Shown here: in pieces, positions 12,626 to 23,608 of the stretch | Layout: each line of letters starts with the position of its first letter | How positions within the stretch are numbered: the first letter of the stretch is position 1 | Source: Utricularia gibba | Taxonomy: Eukaryota > Plantae > Magnoliophyta | DNA length: 64,000 bases | Direction: 5' to 3' | Assembly (NCBI GenBank): GCA_002189035.1 | Contig: NEEC01000004.1 | Span: 4,464,001 to 4,528,000 of the forward strand | Notes under the pieces: generated by a model | Databases searched by the model: none | Told to the model about the DNA's origin: nothing | Seen by the model: only the letters and a program-made list of their open reading frames with translations | Program-made: the position numbers and the translations under genes

Positions 12626-14416
12626 ATGGCTGTGGAACCCTGGATTCTGAAATTGGGTAATCAGGTGAGTAGTAATTTGAAGCATTCTCTGTATCTCAAG
12701 AATTCGATGAAGGTTTCAAGCAAAAAGAATGGTGTTTCAGAGAAACAAACTATTGGTATACTGTCGTTCGAGGTTGCTAATATCATGTCCAAGGTTATTC
12801 ATCTGCACAAGTCTCTGGCAGATGCTGAGATTCTCAAGTTGAAAAATGAGATCTTTAAGTCTGAAGGCATTAGAACCCTTGTTTGTGAGGATGAGAGAAA
12901 GCTTCTAGATCTGGCTTTGGCTGAGAAACTTGATGATTTGAACAGGGTTGCTAGTGCCGTGTCTAGATTAGGGAAGAAATGCACCATCCCAGCTCTGCAG
13001 GGATTTGAGCATGTGTATGCGGATATTGTTTCTGGTATCATTGATGTTAAGGAGCTCAGTTTTTTGGTTAAAGACATGGAGAGTATGATCAGGAAAATGG
13101 AAAGATATGTTACCTCAACCGCAACGCTGTATGCTGAAATGGAGGTAATGAATGAGCTTGAGATAGCAACGAAGAAGTTTCGGCAGAATCACCTCGAAGA
13201 AAGTAGCAAAACCTTTGAGCAGAAGCTGGCATGGCAGAAGCAAGGTGTGGAGCATTTGAAGGATATTTCTTTGTGGAACCAGACGTATGATAAGGTTATT
13301 GAGGTGTTGGGAAGGACTATTTGCACCATTTATGCACGAATTCATGTTGCTTTTAGAGATACTCACTCACCATGTACAGCATCCAGTGCTTCAATTTCTC
13401 GATCAGGAGTAGTTTCTACTGAAGGTTCAAGACGCACGAATGCAGACTCTCTCCGGAGGAGATCTGGTCAGTTGAACATGGCTATCAAGGTTCAGAAAAA
13501 TGCTGCCTCGATGAAAACCATTTCTTTCAAAACAATGAGTTCATGTCCTTCAGAGAATCACCCGAAGAAATCACCTACTTCTAACTCCATACTCGGTTTA
13601 CAGAAGCTCCAAAGCAACTTGTTTCTCTCAGAAGACACCAACATTGCTTGTGGTATGGCTCCCAGGAGGCTGCTCATGGAGTGCTTAAGCATGAGTAGCT
13701 CTGTTGTTTCAGATGATTATGATGATCAAGGAAGTCATATCTCTGGCTTCTCCTGCACACCAATGAACATCCATGATAGTCGAATCGACGAATATCAGAG
13801 GCAATCAAGAGCGAGTGTGGGAAATAGTGTGAATGTGGTGACAAAGTGCAATCTTATGAAGCATGCTTTACCATGTACTGTTGGGGGATCAGCCTTGGCC
13901 CTGCATTATGCCAATGTGATCATAGTGATAGAGAAGTTTCTTCGGTATCCGCATCTTGTAGGTGAAGAAGCAAGAGATGACTTGTATCAGATGCTCCCAA
14001 ACAGTCTGCGGAAGGCCTTGAAGAAAGCCATGAAGTCGTCTGCCACAAATATGGCGATCTATGACGCCCCGCTTGCTCATGATTGGAGGGAACGTCTCGA
14101 TCTGATGCTGAAATGGTTGATACCTCTAGCAAAGAACATGATCAGATGGCAAAGTGAGCGAAACTTTGAGCAGCAAGAGCAGATAGTTAGCAGAACAAAC
14201 GTTCTCCTGCTTCAGACAATATATTTTGCAGATAGAGAAAGAACAGAGGCAGCCATCTGTGAGTTGCTCCTCGGCCTGAACTACATCTGCAGGTATGAGC
14301 AACAACAGAACGCTTTGCTTGACTGTGCAAGCAGCTTTGAAATGGAACGTGATTGCATAGAATGGCATGCACAGCTTGGTACTTCGGTTCATTCTTCATA
14401 TGATGAAACTCCTTGA
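12626..14416 (+). CDS. PSI: PSK SIMULATOR-like protein (DUF3475 + DUF668), intronless, 596 aa
   Basis: IGILSFEVANIMSK (DUF3475 start), TVGGSALALHYANVIIVIEK, ARDDLYQMLP and WQSERNFEQQ motifs. Confidence 0.93.
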   Translation: MAVEPWILKLGNQVSSNLKHSLYLKNSMKVSSKKNGVSEKQTIGILSFEVANIMSKVIHLHKSLADAEILKLKNEIFKSEGIRTLVCEDERKLLDLALAEKLDDLNRVASAVSRLGKKCTIPALQGFEHVYADIVSGIIDVKELSFLVKDMESMIRKMERYVTSTATLYAEMEVMNELEIATKKFRQNHLEESSKTFEQKLAWQKQGVEHLKDISLWNQTYDKVIEVLGRTICTIYARIHVAFRDTHSPCTASSASISRSGVVSTEGSRRTNADSLRRRSGQLNMAIKVQKNAASMKTISFKTMSSCPSENHPKKSPTSNSILGLQKLQSNLFLSEDTNIACGMAPRRLLMECLSMSSSVVSDDYDDQGSHISGFSCTPMNIHDSRIDEYQRQSRASVGNSVNVVTKCNLMKHALPCTVGGSALALHYANVIIVIEKFLRYPHLVGEEARDDLYQMLPNSLRKALKKAMKSSATNMAIYDAPLAHDWRERLDLMLKWLIPLAKNMIRWQSERNFEQQEQIVSRTNVLLLQTIYFADRERTEAAICELLLGLNYICRYEQQQNALLDCASSFEMERDCIEWHAQLGTSVHSSYDETP

Positions 14417-14539
14417 ATTATTCTTATTCAAAGTAACGCAGGCTAATGAATGAACGTTCCTTTAAAGAAATGCATGTGTAGTCAGTCACTTGGAAAAAAA
14501 CAAGGAGGTGTTTTCTTCAGACAGGGTCCTGCGCAATCT

Positions 14540-16929
14540 TCAAGAGGCAAGACTGTTATGCAGCAGAACTCTTTTAAGCTCAAAAGCGAAGTCTTGGTAA
14601 GTACCAGGCTTTTGAATGACACCATTGATTCCCATCTGCGAGCATTTGTCTCTCATTTCCTGATCGTCACTGACACTCAAGGCAACGATCAGCGGCCAGC
14701 TCCGGCTTCTGAATTTACGGATTCTCGTGGTGAATTCATAGCCATCCAGGTCAGCCAACTGGAGATCAACGAGAAGAATATGGTATGATGATGATATGGC
14801 GGGGCCAATGCTACTCATGCACTCGTATCCAGTTGGAACCGGAGTAACAACGCAACCCAGTTTCTCCAGAAGCTTTCTTGTAACCGCTCTATTGAGATCA
14901 TCCCCATCAGCCAGAAGAACTCGCAAGCCCCACAAAAGGGAGTTTGAAGGAATGTGATCTGAGGATTCATGGTGTTCTGGGATGACTGGAATGATGGCGG
15001 GCTGCAGTTGTAGCCGCAGCACGAGCCCCATGCTTTTGTAGAATCCCTCTGTACTGGAGGTCACCCACATGTCCCCGTGCATTAGCTGCTCATTTTCCAG
15101 ATTAGAAAGTTTAGTGAATGGATTCAGAATCCTTGAAACGGCGTGATGAATTCAATTATTGTAACCCCAGAACAGATCAAATTCAGAAAAATGTGAACCT
15201 GAACAAGCTTCTTGCATGCACTGAGGCTCATGTTTCCCTCCACTCCAGTGAGGCAATGCTGCTCTGGAGATGCATCCTTGTGTTGAAAGCAACTGGGGAG
15301 GCCGATGCTAGCATCGAAATGGATGAACGTAAAACCATCCAATGGACTCGATTTCCATTGATTCCATTTTGCTTCGTCCCTTCCATGACTTCTGGATGCA
15401 GGATACACTCGCAGAGTAAGAAGCTCACCCTGTCTACCCCTATCCAGCAAACTGCTCACCATTTGCAAAATGAGTTGAAACATTCTTTTTTCATCACCTA
15501 TGACATTATTTTCCAAGGATTTGTCGACTTCAACTTCGAAACTACAACCCCTAGAAGAAGAGAGGCACTTGCATATGCAAGCCACTTCTTTGATAGTGGA
15601 ATGCAACTGAAAGTGCCTTACTTTCAATGAGGATAATCCACCATCCTTCTCTGAATCAACCATCACATCTGTTACCAAACCAGAGAGAAGATCATTCGCT
15701 TTAACCATTGAGTCAACAACTAGCCTTTGCTCACAGCTCAACTTCCCATCCTGCAGCAAGGATAAAAGACCAAGATTTGAATGCATTGGTCTTCTTAAGC
15801 CGCTATTGATTACCTTCTGAAATGCATTCCTTGCTTGACTAGCCATTAGTGCATCCTTCTTTGCTTGCTGCAGTTCTTGGTTCTGGAGCACAAGCTTCTC
15901 CCTCATACTTCTAGATTCTTCAAGAATTGAAGCATGGGAAAGAGCCACAGCAACTTGGTCAGCAACAGACTTCAAGATGTCACGCTCTTTGTTGCTCCAT
16001 GTGCGATTTTTTCCACCAGGAAGCACCAAGACTAGTATTGCATAGCATGCCGGAACCATCTCAGGTGTCCCACCTTTGAAGTTAGAAACCTTCAACATTG
16101 GCATTCTTATTGCAGCCACACATCCCATTTCACCAATTCCGTTGCTTGCAATGGCAAGGACAGAATTAGGATCAAGAATTCTAGCTCCATCATTCGATTC
16201 AATCTCTCGAACATAAGGATCATCAATGGGGATAGTTAACTTACGAAGGTTGGAAAAGTTACTCCTATTCAAGTCATGAGTCAGACACATCTCGGTATTC
16301 GCAGGATTCGCCATCCAAACAGCACAATTCTTCAATCTAAGCATCTTAGACAGCTCAACCAGAGTGGTATACAGTATAGTATGCCGATCAAGAGACTTGC
16401 GAATCTCTTGCGTTAACATCCTGACATGTAATGCAGCTTCTTTCTCCTTTTTTCTAATGCTAATCGTGTGACCAAGATCCCAAGTCTTCTTCCTCAGCAT
16501 AAACTCTCTGACCTTAACTTTAAGCAGCAATGGGATAACAGTTACAAGTGTTATAGCGGTTGCAATTGAGACCAAGGCTGTGAGAAACTTGAAAACAGTG
16601 AGAGCAAGCACGAGCTGAAAAGAATGAGGTTGGCACATCCAGAAGTTGAGGAAATGAGTCATCCCGCACAGCACAATGAATGCAATAAACTGGACAAGGA
16701 CCCATTTGAATGGAACGTTTGAAGAGTTAAGAAAGCATAGCAGCTCAATTGGAATGGAGAAGTAGGCAACAGCAATCAAGAAATCACTAACTTTTTGGAA
16801 CTCAATGATTCTTTCAATGCTCCAGAAGCCCTCCACCTCGCAGTTGCAATGCAGACCATCATTTTCTGAAGCCAAGGTTGCAAACAATTGCAATGAAAAC
16901 AATATCCAAGATGCAACTGCCTTCACCAT
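14540..16929 (-). CDS. ETR2: Subfamily II ethylene receptor (ETR2-like)
   Basis: Exons 16929-15199 and 15085-14540. N-terminal hydrophobic extension, CNC disulfide motif, FIVLCGMTH Cu-binding Cys/His, GAF, degenerate kinase (RRPMHS) and receiver domain (LLVDLQL..DGYE..RSRSWPLIVA). Confidence 0.95.
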
Positions 16930-19504
16930 TCCACTTCTGGCTAACTTGAAGCCCGTTAGCAGGCGCGGCGAGGGCTAGAGTAATTTAAACGATAAGTTCA
17001 AAAAATCCTCCTTGGGTGGAACAATACAAATCCCAGGAACATCGGTCTCGGTTCTCATCCCTGCGGTGATCCAGTCATAACTTTCTCCATCTCAAGCGCG
17101 CACCCAGAAACGCCTTCTTTCGATCGGTGGAGAAAAACCGGAAAAAGCACTGCCCCAGAGAACTAAAATCGACTACTAAACTCATAACGCAGAACCCGAA
17201 AACCAGTCATTCCAAATGAAAACTAATGCCCAAGACCCATTTTCATCATCACTACTCAAAACCAGGCCTTCTCGCGAGTGTCCCGAAAGCGCTCGCTTGG
17301 CCGGAAGTTCAAGCCTGGACGACAGGTACAGTGGCGGTTCCCCAAATGGGCACCAGCTTTTTCCCAAGAAAATAAAGGCTTCCGTTGGAGGCATCAAGAA
17401 TGAAGTGGGTTTCTAAAATACTGATCAATATCCAAGGCTGGAGGACGGCGTAGACTTCGAAGGAGCACTGGAGCGCCCCTTCGTCCCCTCTAAGGGGTAC
17501 TGTGGAAACTTCAAGATGCAATCTTCACTGCCTTGTCTGCTGTTTTGTTTTATACTTTTTGAAAGCTGGGAAAAATAAAAGAAGAAAATTCCCCGTCACA
17601 CTTATTCCATTCCCATGGTGGCCTACCACCACCAGCATAAAAGTTCGCCATTGAATAAAAAAACCCAGTATACTACAAGTTGCAGAACTTCCGTAAGGTT
17701 TGAAAAACAACCTCAACTTTCCTAAAAAACCCACCTACATTTTCGGAAATAATAGCCAACTTCAACATGTTGGAATAAAGTTATTGGAGAAGATGTTAGT
17801 TATACCACATTACTAGTTACTAGTTGAAATGATTTTAAACTAATTTATATCGAAAGTCATAATTCATTGATTTTGATGTACTTGAAAATGATTTGAATCA
17901 TGCACACATAGATTTTTATTTTACTACATCGGGTTGGACTTTTTGAAGGATCCCAAAACCCAAAAATGCTATGCGTAGTAAAGTGCAAAACCCACCTTAA
18001 AAGCTATCGCTTGTAGCTCTCATGTGTGTGAAGACTTTAAATCCATGTTTTACTTCATAATTATGACTGATTTCCAAAAGTCTCTCGTGTTTAAGGTTCA
18101 CGTCGACTAATTTATGAGATAGAAAAAATAATTCCCGAAGAATCTCTTGAATTCTAAGATATCAAAGAATTCTTTAGAACATTATTTTATGTATATGAGG
18201 TTTTAATATTTTATTCTTTTTCATGTTCAATTTACAACCCAACACATCATCAGATTCCATCTATCATCTTGGGGAAGTGTTTACAATAGCATCGTTTTCG
18301 TGTATATTCTACTCCCACAACTGAAGCACGACTTGTGGTCTTGGGTTGAAGAAAACGCATCCCGTTCTCCTCGTGCGCCATCGCCCCTCGTGGAGGCTCC
18401 TCCGCGCTCGTTCCATACTTTTGGTAAAGCGGACTCCATCGGGAACGATGCGATGCACCTTTGCTTTTTAAATCTCGTCATTTTAGAAAATATAGTGAAT
18501 TAAAAAAATTAGTTTATTTTTAGATTAAAAAATAACATTAAAATTCATAATTTATGTCACATACGTATTAAAATTTAATTATTTTTTATAGTCAAATTTT
18601 ATTTATTTTTGTCGATTTATTCATGATTTTAAATTTAATTTATATTCAATTTATTATAATAATAAAAATAATTATTTCATTCTAATATTTTTAAATATCA
18701 TAATTTATTTAAATTTTTTTATAGAAATTATTGAATCAAATCTAAAAATCATAAATTCGAATGAGTTACATCTAACCATGAGTTTAATTTTAGATTTTAA
18801 AACGCTGCAATCATCTAATAAAATTTATAATAGAGATATTTGTGTTCTAAATGTATGCTGACTTTTGTAATTGAAATTATAGAATTAAAACAATCAAGAT
18901 TTCCTAATTTTACTAAATAATAATAATAATGTTTTTTTTTTGGAAAAATTGCATCAATAAGTCTCAACTATTTAATCAAATGATATAACTAGTTCCCAAC
19001 TTATTAAAATTCATCCTCATTATTTCAAAATCAGGAAAAATTAATTCTTATTATTTCATTAGTTGATATTTTTAGTCGAGTGTATTACAAATTTGGCCAT
19101 CATCGTTTGAGTATGTGAGAAAATTGATTATTCTATATGTAAAATTTTAATCATAATATATGAAAAAGAAAGATTAAATTATCAATTTTATAAATGACTC
19201 ATTTTTAGTCATCAATTAAATATTGTTGTAGAAATAGTCCCCAATATTTACGAAAATAGTAAAATTGACACAAGAGTTTATCACCACGTTTTTGTTGTGT
19301 GACGTCACTAATCAATTGGAAACTTATTTTATGAAGTAATTTATAATTTCCGAGAATTTAGCAATGATTCCTTTATAAAAATGCTTTTTCTCCTTTTGCT
19401 TTCCACTGAGGAAGTTGACAAGCAGATGAAGCTCCACGAGCGCCATGCTGGTGGCTCAGATTATAAATGGCGGAGTGGAGAAAATTCAGAGCAGCAACCA
19501 ATCA

Positions 19505-22387
19505 ATGGCGACTTCTTCTTCTTCTTCCCCTTCTTCACTTCCCTTGCACAGCTGCAATGTCAAGAAATCTGATATGCTGATCAATAGGCTCCATATTTCT
19601 GTCCATGGAACTGCGCTTCTTGCTCTTTTCTACTACAGATTCACCACTCTCTTTTGGATACTCAAGACAGGGGGGAACCCATTTCTACCTTATCTCCTGG
19701 TCACCTTTGCAGAGCTCGTACTCGCGTTACTGTGGCTTTTCCATCGCGCTTCCAAATGGCGGCCGGTGACAAGGGAGGCGTTCCCGGAGAGGTTGCCGGA
19801 GGATGGGAGGTTGCCACCGGTTGATATCTTTATCTGTACCGCGGATCCCAGTAAGGAGCCCTCGATAGGGGTGATGAATACTGTTATATCCGCCATGGCT
19901 TTAGATTACCCACCGGAGAAACTCGCCGTTTATTTATCCGACGACGGTGGGGCTCCGGTGACTCTTAGCGCTATGAGGGAGTCCTGGAAGTTTGCTAAAG
20001 TTTGGATTCCTTTTTGCCGGAAATACGGGGTTAATACGAGGTGCCCCGAAGCTTATTTCTCCGGCCCAGAAACTGCCGCCCAGGCGTTGTTTTCCAGCGC
20101 GGAGTTCACCGCCGAGAGGAAGGAACTTGAGGTGTTTAATTTTGCACTGAATTGGGTTTTTCTTTTAACCGTTGATTTAAGTGTTGGATGCTTGCAGAAA
20201 GAGTACGACGACTTCAAGAGAAGATTGCAGAGGAACATTGAGATCATTGGTAACTCTGTGAGCAAAGATCACCCTCCAATTGTGGAGGTACACAAGTCGT
20301 TTGTCAAATGCCCTGAGTGAAACATGCTTCTGATAACTTATGTCAAAGCAGGTGATCAACGATGAGGATTCGGAAAGCAGCATTGAGGTTGTCAGCAGCT
20401 CTGAGGAGGTACATAGTTGATTCTGCCCTGTCCTGGTTGCTTATGTTTCTTACCAGACTTGCCAACCAGGTGATCCAAGATGTCGAAAAATGTGCTACGA
20501 ATCAACTTCGGATGCCCCTTCTTGTTTACATGGCAAGAGAGAAAAGGCCTTCTCATCCACACCATTTCAAAGCTGGAGCAATCAACTCACTGGTAATGCT
20601 ACTTCTGCACACAGTTTCTTGCTTTCTGTTCAGGCTTCGGTGCACTTGGTATTAGTTTGATCAATCTTTTTGTAGCTTCGAGTGTCGGCTGTGATAAGCA
20701 ATGCTCCGTATTTTGCTGTGATTGACTGCGATCATTACTGCAATGATCCGACATCTGCTAGACAAGCAATGTGCTTCTATTTTGACCCAGAAACATCACC
20801 AAAACTGGCTTGGGTCCAGTTTCCCCAGCATTTTTATAACATAAGCAAGCATGACATCTATGATGGCAATCTTCACTATTACTGGGTATGTATGTATCCT
20901 GTAGACATTTGTCCTAGTTTATATTCCAAAGCTTTACTCTTGAACTTTTGCAAAACAGAGAGAGTGGCAAGGGCTAGATGGGCTTCGAGGGCCAACCATC
21001 ACAGGTTGCAACTTTTACATGAGAAGAGAAGCATTCTATGGGATGGACCAAATTCCCAAAGGTTGCACACAAAATGCATGACTAACTCTGTTCGTTGTGA
21101 TGAACACAAGTGTAAGCAGTTTTTGTGACATTGTACCATAAACAGATCTTGATCTCGAGGAGTTGAAGAAGATATTTGGTTCGAGCATCGAGCTGATCAA
21201 ATCCACTTTCAAAAGTTACGAACCAAAAGTTTCAAGGGCTAATGGGAAGTCTACTGAGGAAGTGAAACGGGAGATCAGTCTTGTGGCTTCATGCACATTT
21301 GACTCTGAAACAGAATGGGGAGCTCTGGTTGTTACTTACATTCTTCTTTAGCTTCCGAGTGCGTTTTACTTGATTTAGCCTCTGAAGTGACTCAAGTACC
21401 GAATGCAGGTTGGTGCAACATATAATTCTTTGGTGGAAGATTCGATGACAAGCCTGATCCTGCACTCTAGGGGCTGGAGATCAGTGTGGATTGATCCTTC
21501 AAGGCCATGCTTCTTAGGCACTTGCCCTACTAATCTCAACGATACTCTTGTTCAGCAGACAAGATGGGGTTATGGCCTGCTGAAAATGGCTCTTTCCAAG
21601 TACTCTCCTCTTCTATATGGACCTTTTAGAATGTCCATATTTCAAAGCATGGCTTATGCTGCACTGACAATGGACCCATTTTATGTCATTCCGGTATACA
21701 TTTTAGGCATCATTCCGCAGATCTGCCTGCTTCATGGCATTCCTCTGTATCCTGATGTAAGTAGCTCTCAAATTCTATGTTGCACATGAAGCTGAAGTTC
21801 TTCCAAATAGTAACCATTCTCTTGGTTTCCCATGTGTTCAGGTCCAGAACCCATTCTTCTACGTGTTTGCATTTGTGTTTGTGTCATCTCAACTGAAGCA
21901 CATCCAAGAAGTTCTCTCCTATGGAGATCCATTAAGAACTGCACTGTATGATCTGAGAGTGTGGCTGATGAAGTCCGGGGCATGCTACTTGTACGCTAAT
22001 GTGAACTTGGTACTAGACCTATTCGGCCTAAACCAAGCAGACTTCTCTCTGACCAGCAAAGTGGTGGATGATGAACAAGCAAAGCGGCATCAGGAAGGGA
22101 TCTACGATTTCCAGTCTTCGCCACAGCTCATAGCTCCGATGTGCAGTATATACATACTCAACTTCGCCGCATTTCTCATCGGAACAGCACGAATGCTTCA
22201 GCGTGGCAACTGGAGTGCACTGGTAGCCCAAGCTATGATCCCATTGTTTGGTGTTGCAGTGAACCACCATCTGTTTGAGGGGATGTTCTTGAGGGCGGAT
22301 AAAGGACGAGTTTCGCCTCATGTCACTCGCTTCTCCTTCATTGTTGCTGCTATTGTCTTCTTCCTGGGAACAATCCTTCTGGTTTAG
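19505..22387 (+). CDS. Cellulose synthase-like glycosyltransferase (CslG/CslM type)
   Basis: Exons 19505-20131, 20198-20287, (20352-20408), 20470-20592, 20676-20885, 20959-21061, 21146-21327, 21409-21756, 21842-22387; DIFICTADP, YLSDDGG, HHFKAGA, DCDHYCND, VED and QQTRW motifs intact. Confidence 0.93.
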
Positions 22388-23608
22388 TGACAGTCCTTGG
22401 TGTTCTCAGTGAATAAAGGCACCATATTGAGTGTAAAATAAATCATTCGCATTGCATGTTGCAGCTTAGAATTTCAATTTGTGTAACCATAAAGATCACT
22501 GGAATTCAAGACAAAGGGCCACATAGAACAAATAAAACAAGAAGAGTGACAAACCAAATCCAGAAAAGGATGAGCCCAATTTCCACAGGCCAGGATAACA
22601 GCAGAAATGACAGCGGAGCGCAGGGTGACTGGCCGTGAGACGCGGTCAGTGTCCTTCGTTAGGGACTCAACCAGAGGCTCCGGGAGCCGCCGTTCTTACC
22701 GTTGTAACTCCGGCCGTTAATGCTCGGACATCCTTGACTCCACCGCTTTCGTAGGGTGCAGCGCGGAGTCAGCCAAACTGAAGTTGACCCAAAACCGATG
22801 TTTCTTTTGATTGTTCAGTCAAAATTAGGGTTCTTCATTCACCCAAAACTTTCCGTAGAAAAAACGGTTACATTACAGCACGGATTTTGGAGGTGAGCGG
22901 GTCGGATCCCAGTCCACAAACGGGGCGGATTGTTCCGAAAATTCTACTATAATAAAATCCCTTTTTTCTTTTCTTCCACTCTCTCTGCACTTCCGCTGCA
23001 CTCCGTCTTCTTCGGTATCCTTTCGCAAACCTCACCGCCTCTGACCGATTATTGGTCACTGAATTGTGTGGTAGAACTTCGCTTTTATATCAGAAGTCTG
23101 ATTTTTCGAACCGATAGAATCTGTGTTTTTCTGTTGTAGTGGTTACTGTTGCTTTTGTTAATTGCATATCTGATTTGTGTGCGTTGGGGATGGGTGGGAT
23201 TTTCGACAAGCGTATTTGGAGAGATTATCGATGAAAATTTTCATGATTTGATCGTGGTTTGTGAATTAAAGTCGTGGACTTTATTTATTCTCATGGTTTG
23301 TTATGTTGTAATGGATCAACTGAGCTAGGTTTTTGAGCTGGCGGGGGTTTTTGACGGTTAGACTTTCTTGACATGCTCATCCTTAAGTGTTAATCGCACA
23401 TTTTTTTGCATATTAGAATGCGTTGGTTGTAGTAAAGATGTTACTGAATGGTTTTTATCAAGACATTAGTTGATTGGCGTTTATAGATATTGTTATGTTT
23501 TGCACCAATGTCGGCTAGCAGTCTTGTGAATCATTGATTACGCTAGTTTCCTTTTCAACAGGGCAGCTGAAGAATAGGAGCGTGGTGGGAGGTGACGACT
23601 GGGAGAAT

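Noticed and set aside
17920-18130. snRNA USE-like or solo-LTR-like CTACATCGG
   Set aside because: Not the TCCCACATCG consensus; no snRNA body or TG..CA ends seen.
18290-18480. GC island with PPRSFHTFGK, resembling SUPERMAN WPPRSYTCSFCK
   Set aside because: No Cys/His ligands or QALGGH; the match is too short.
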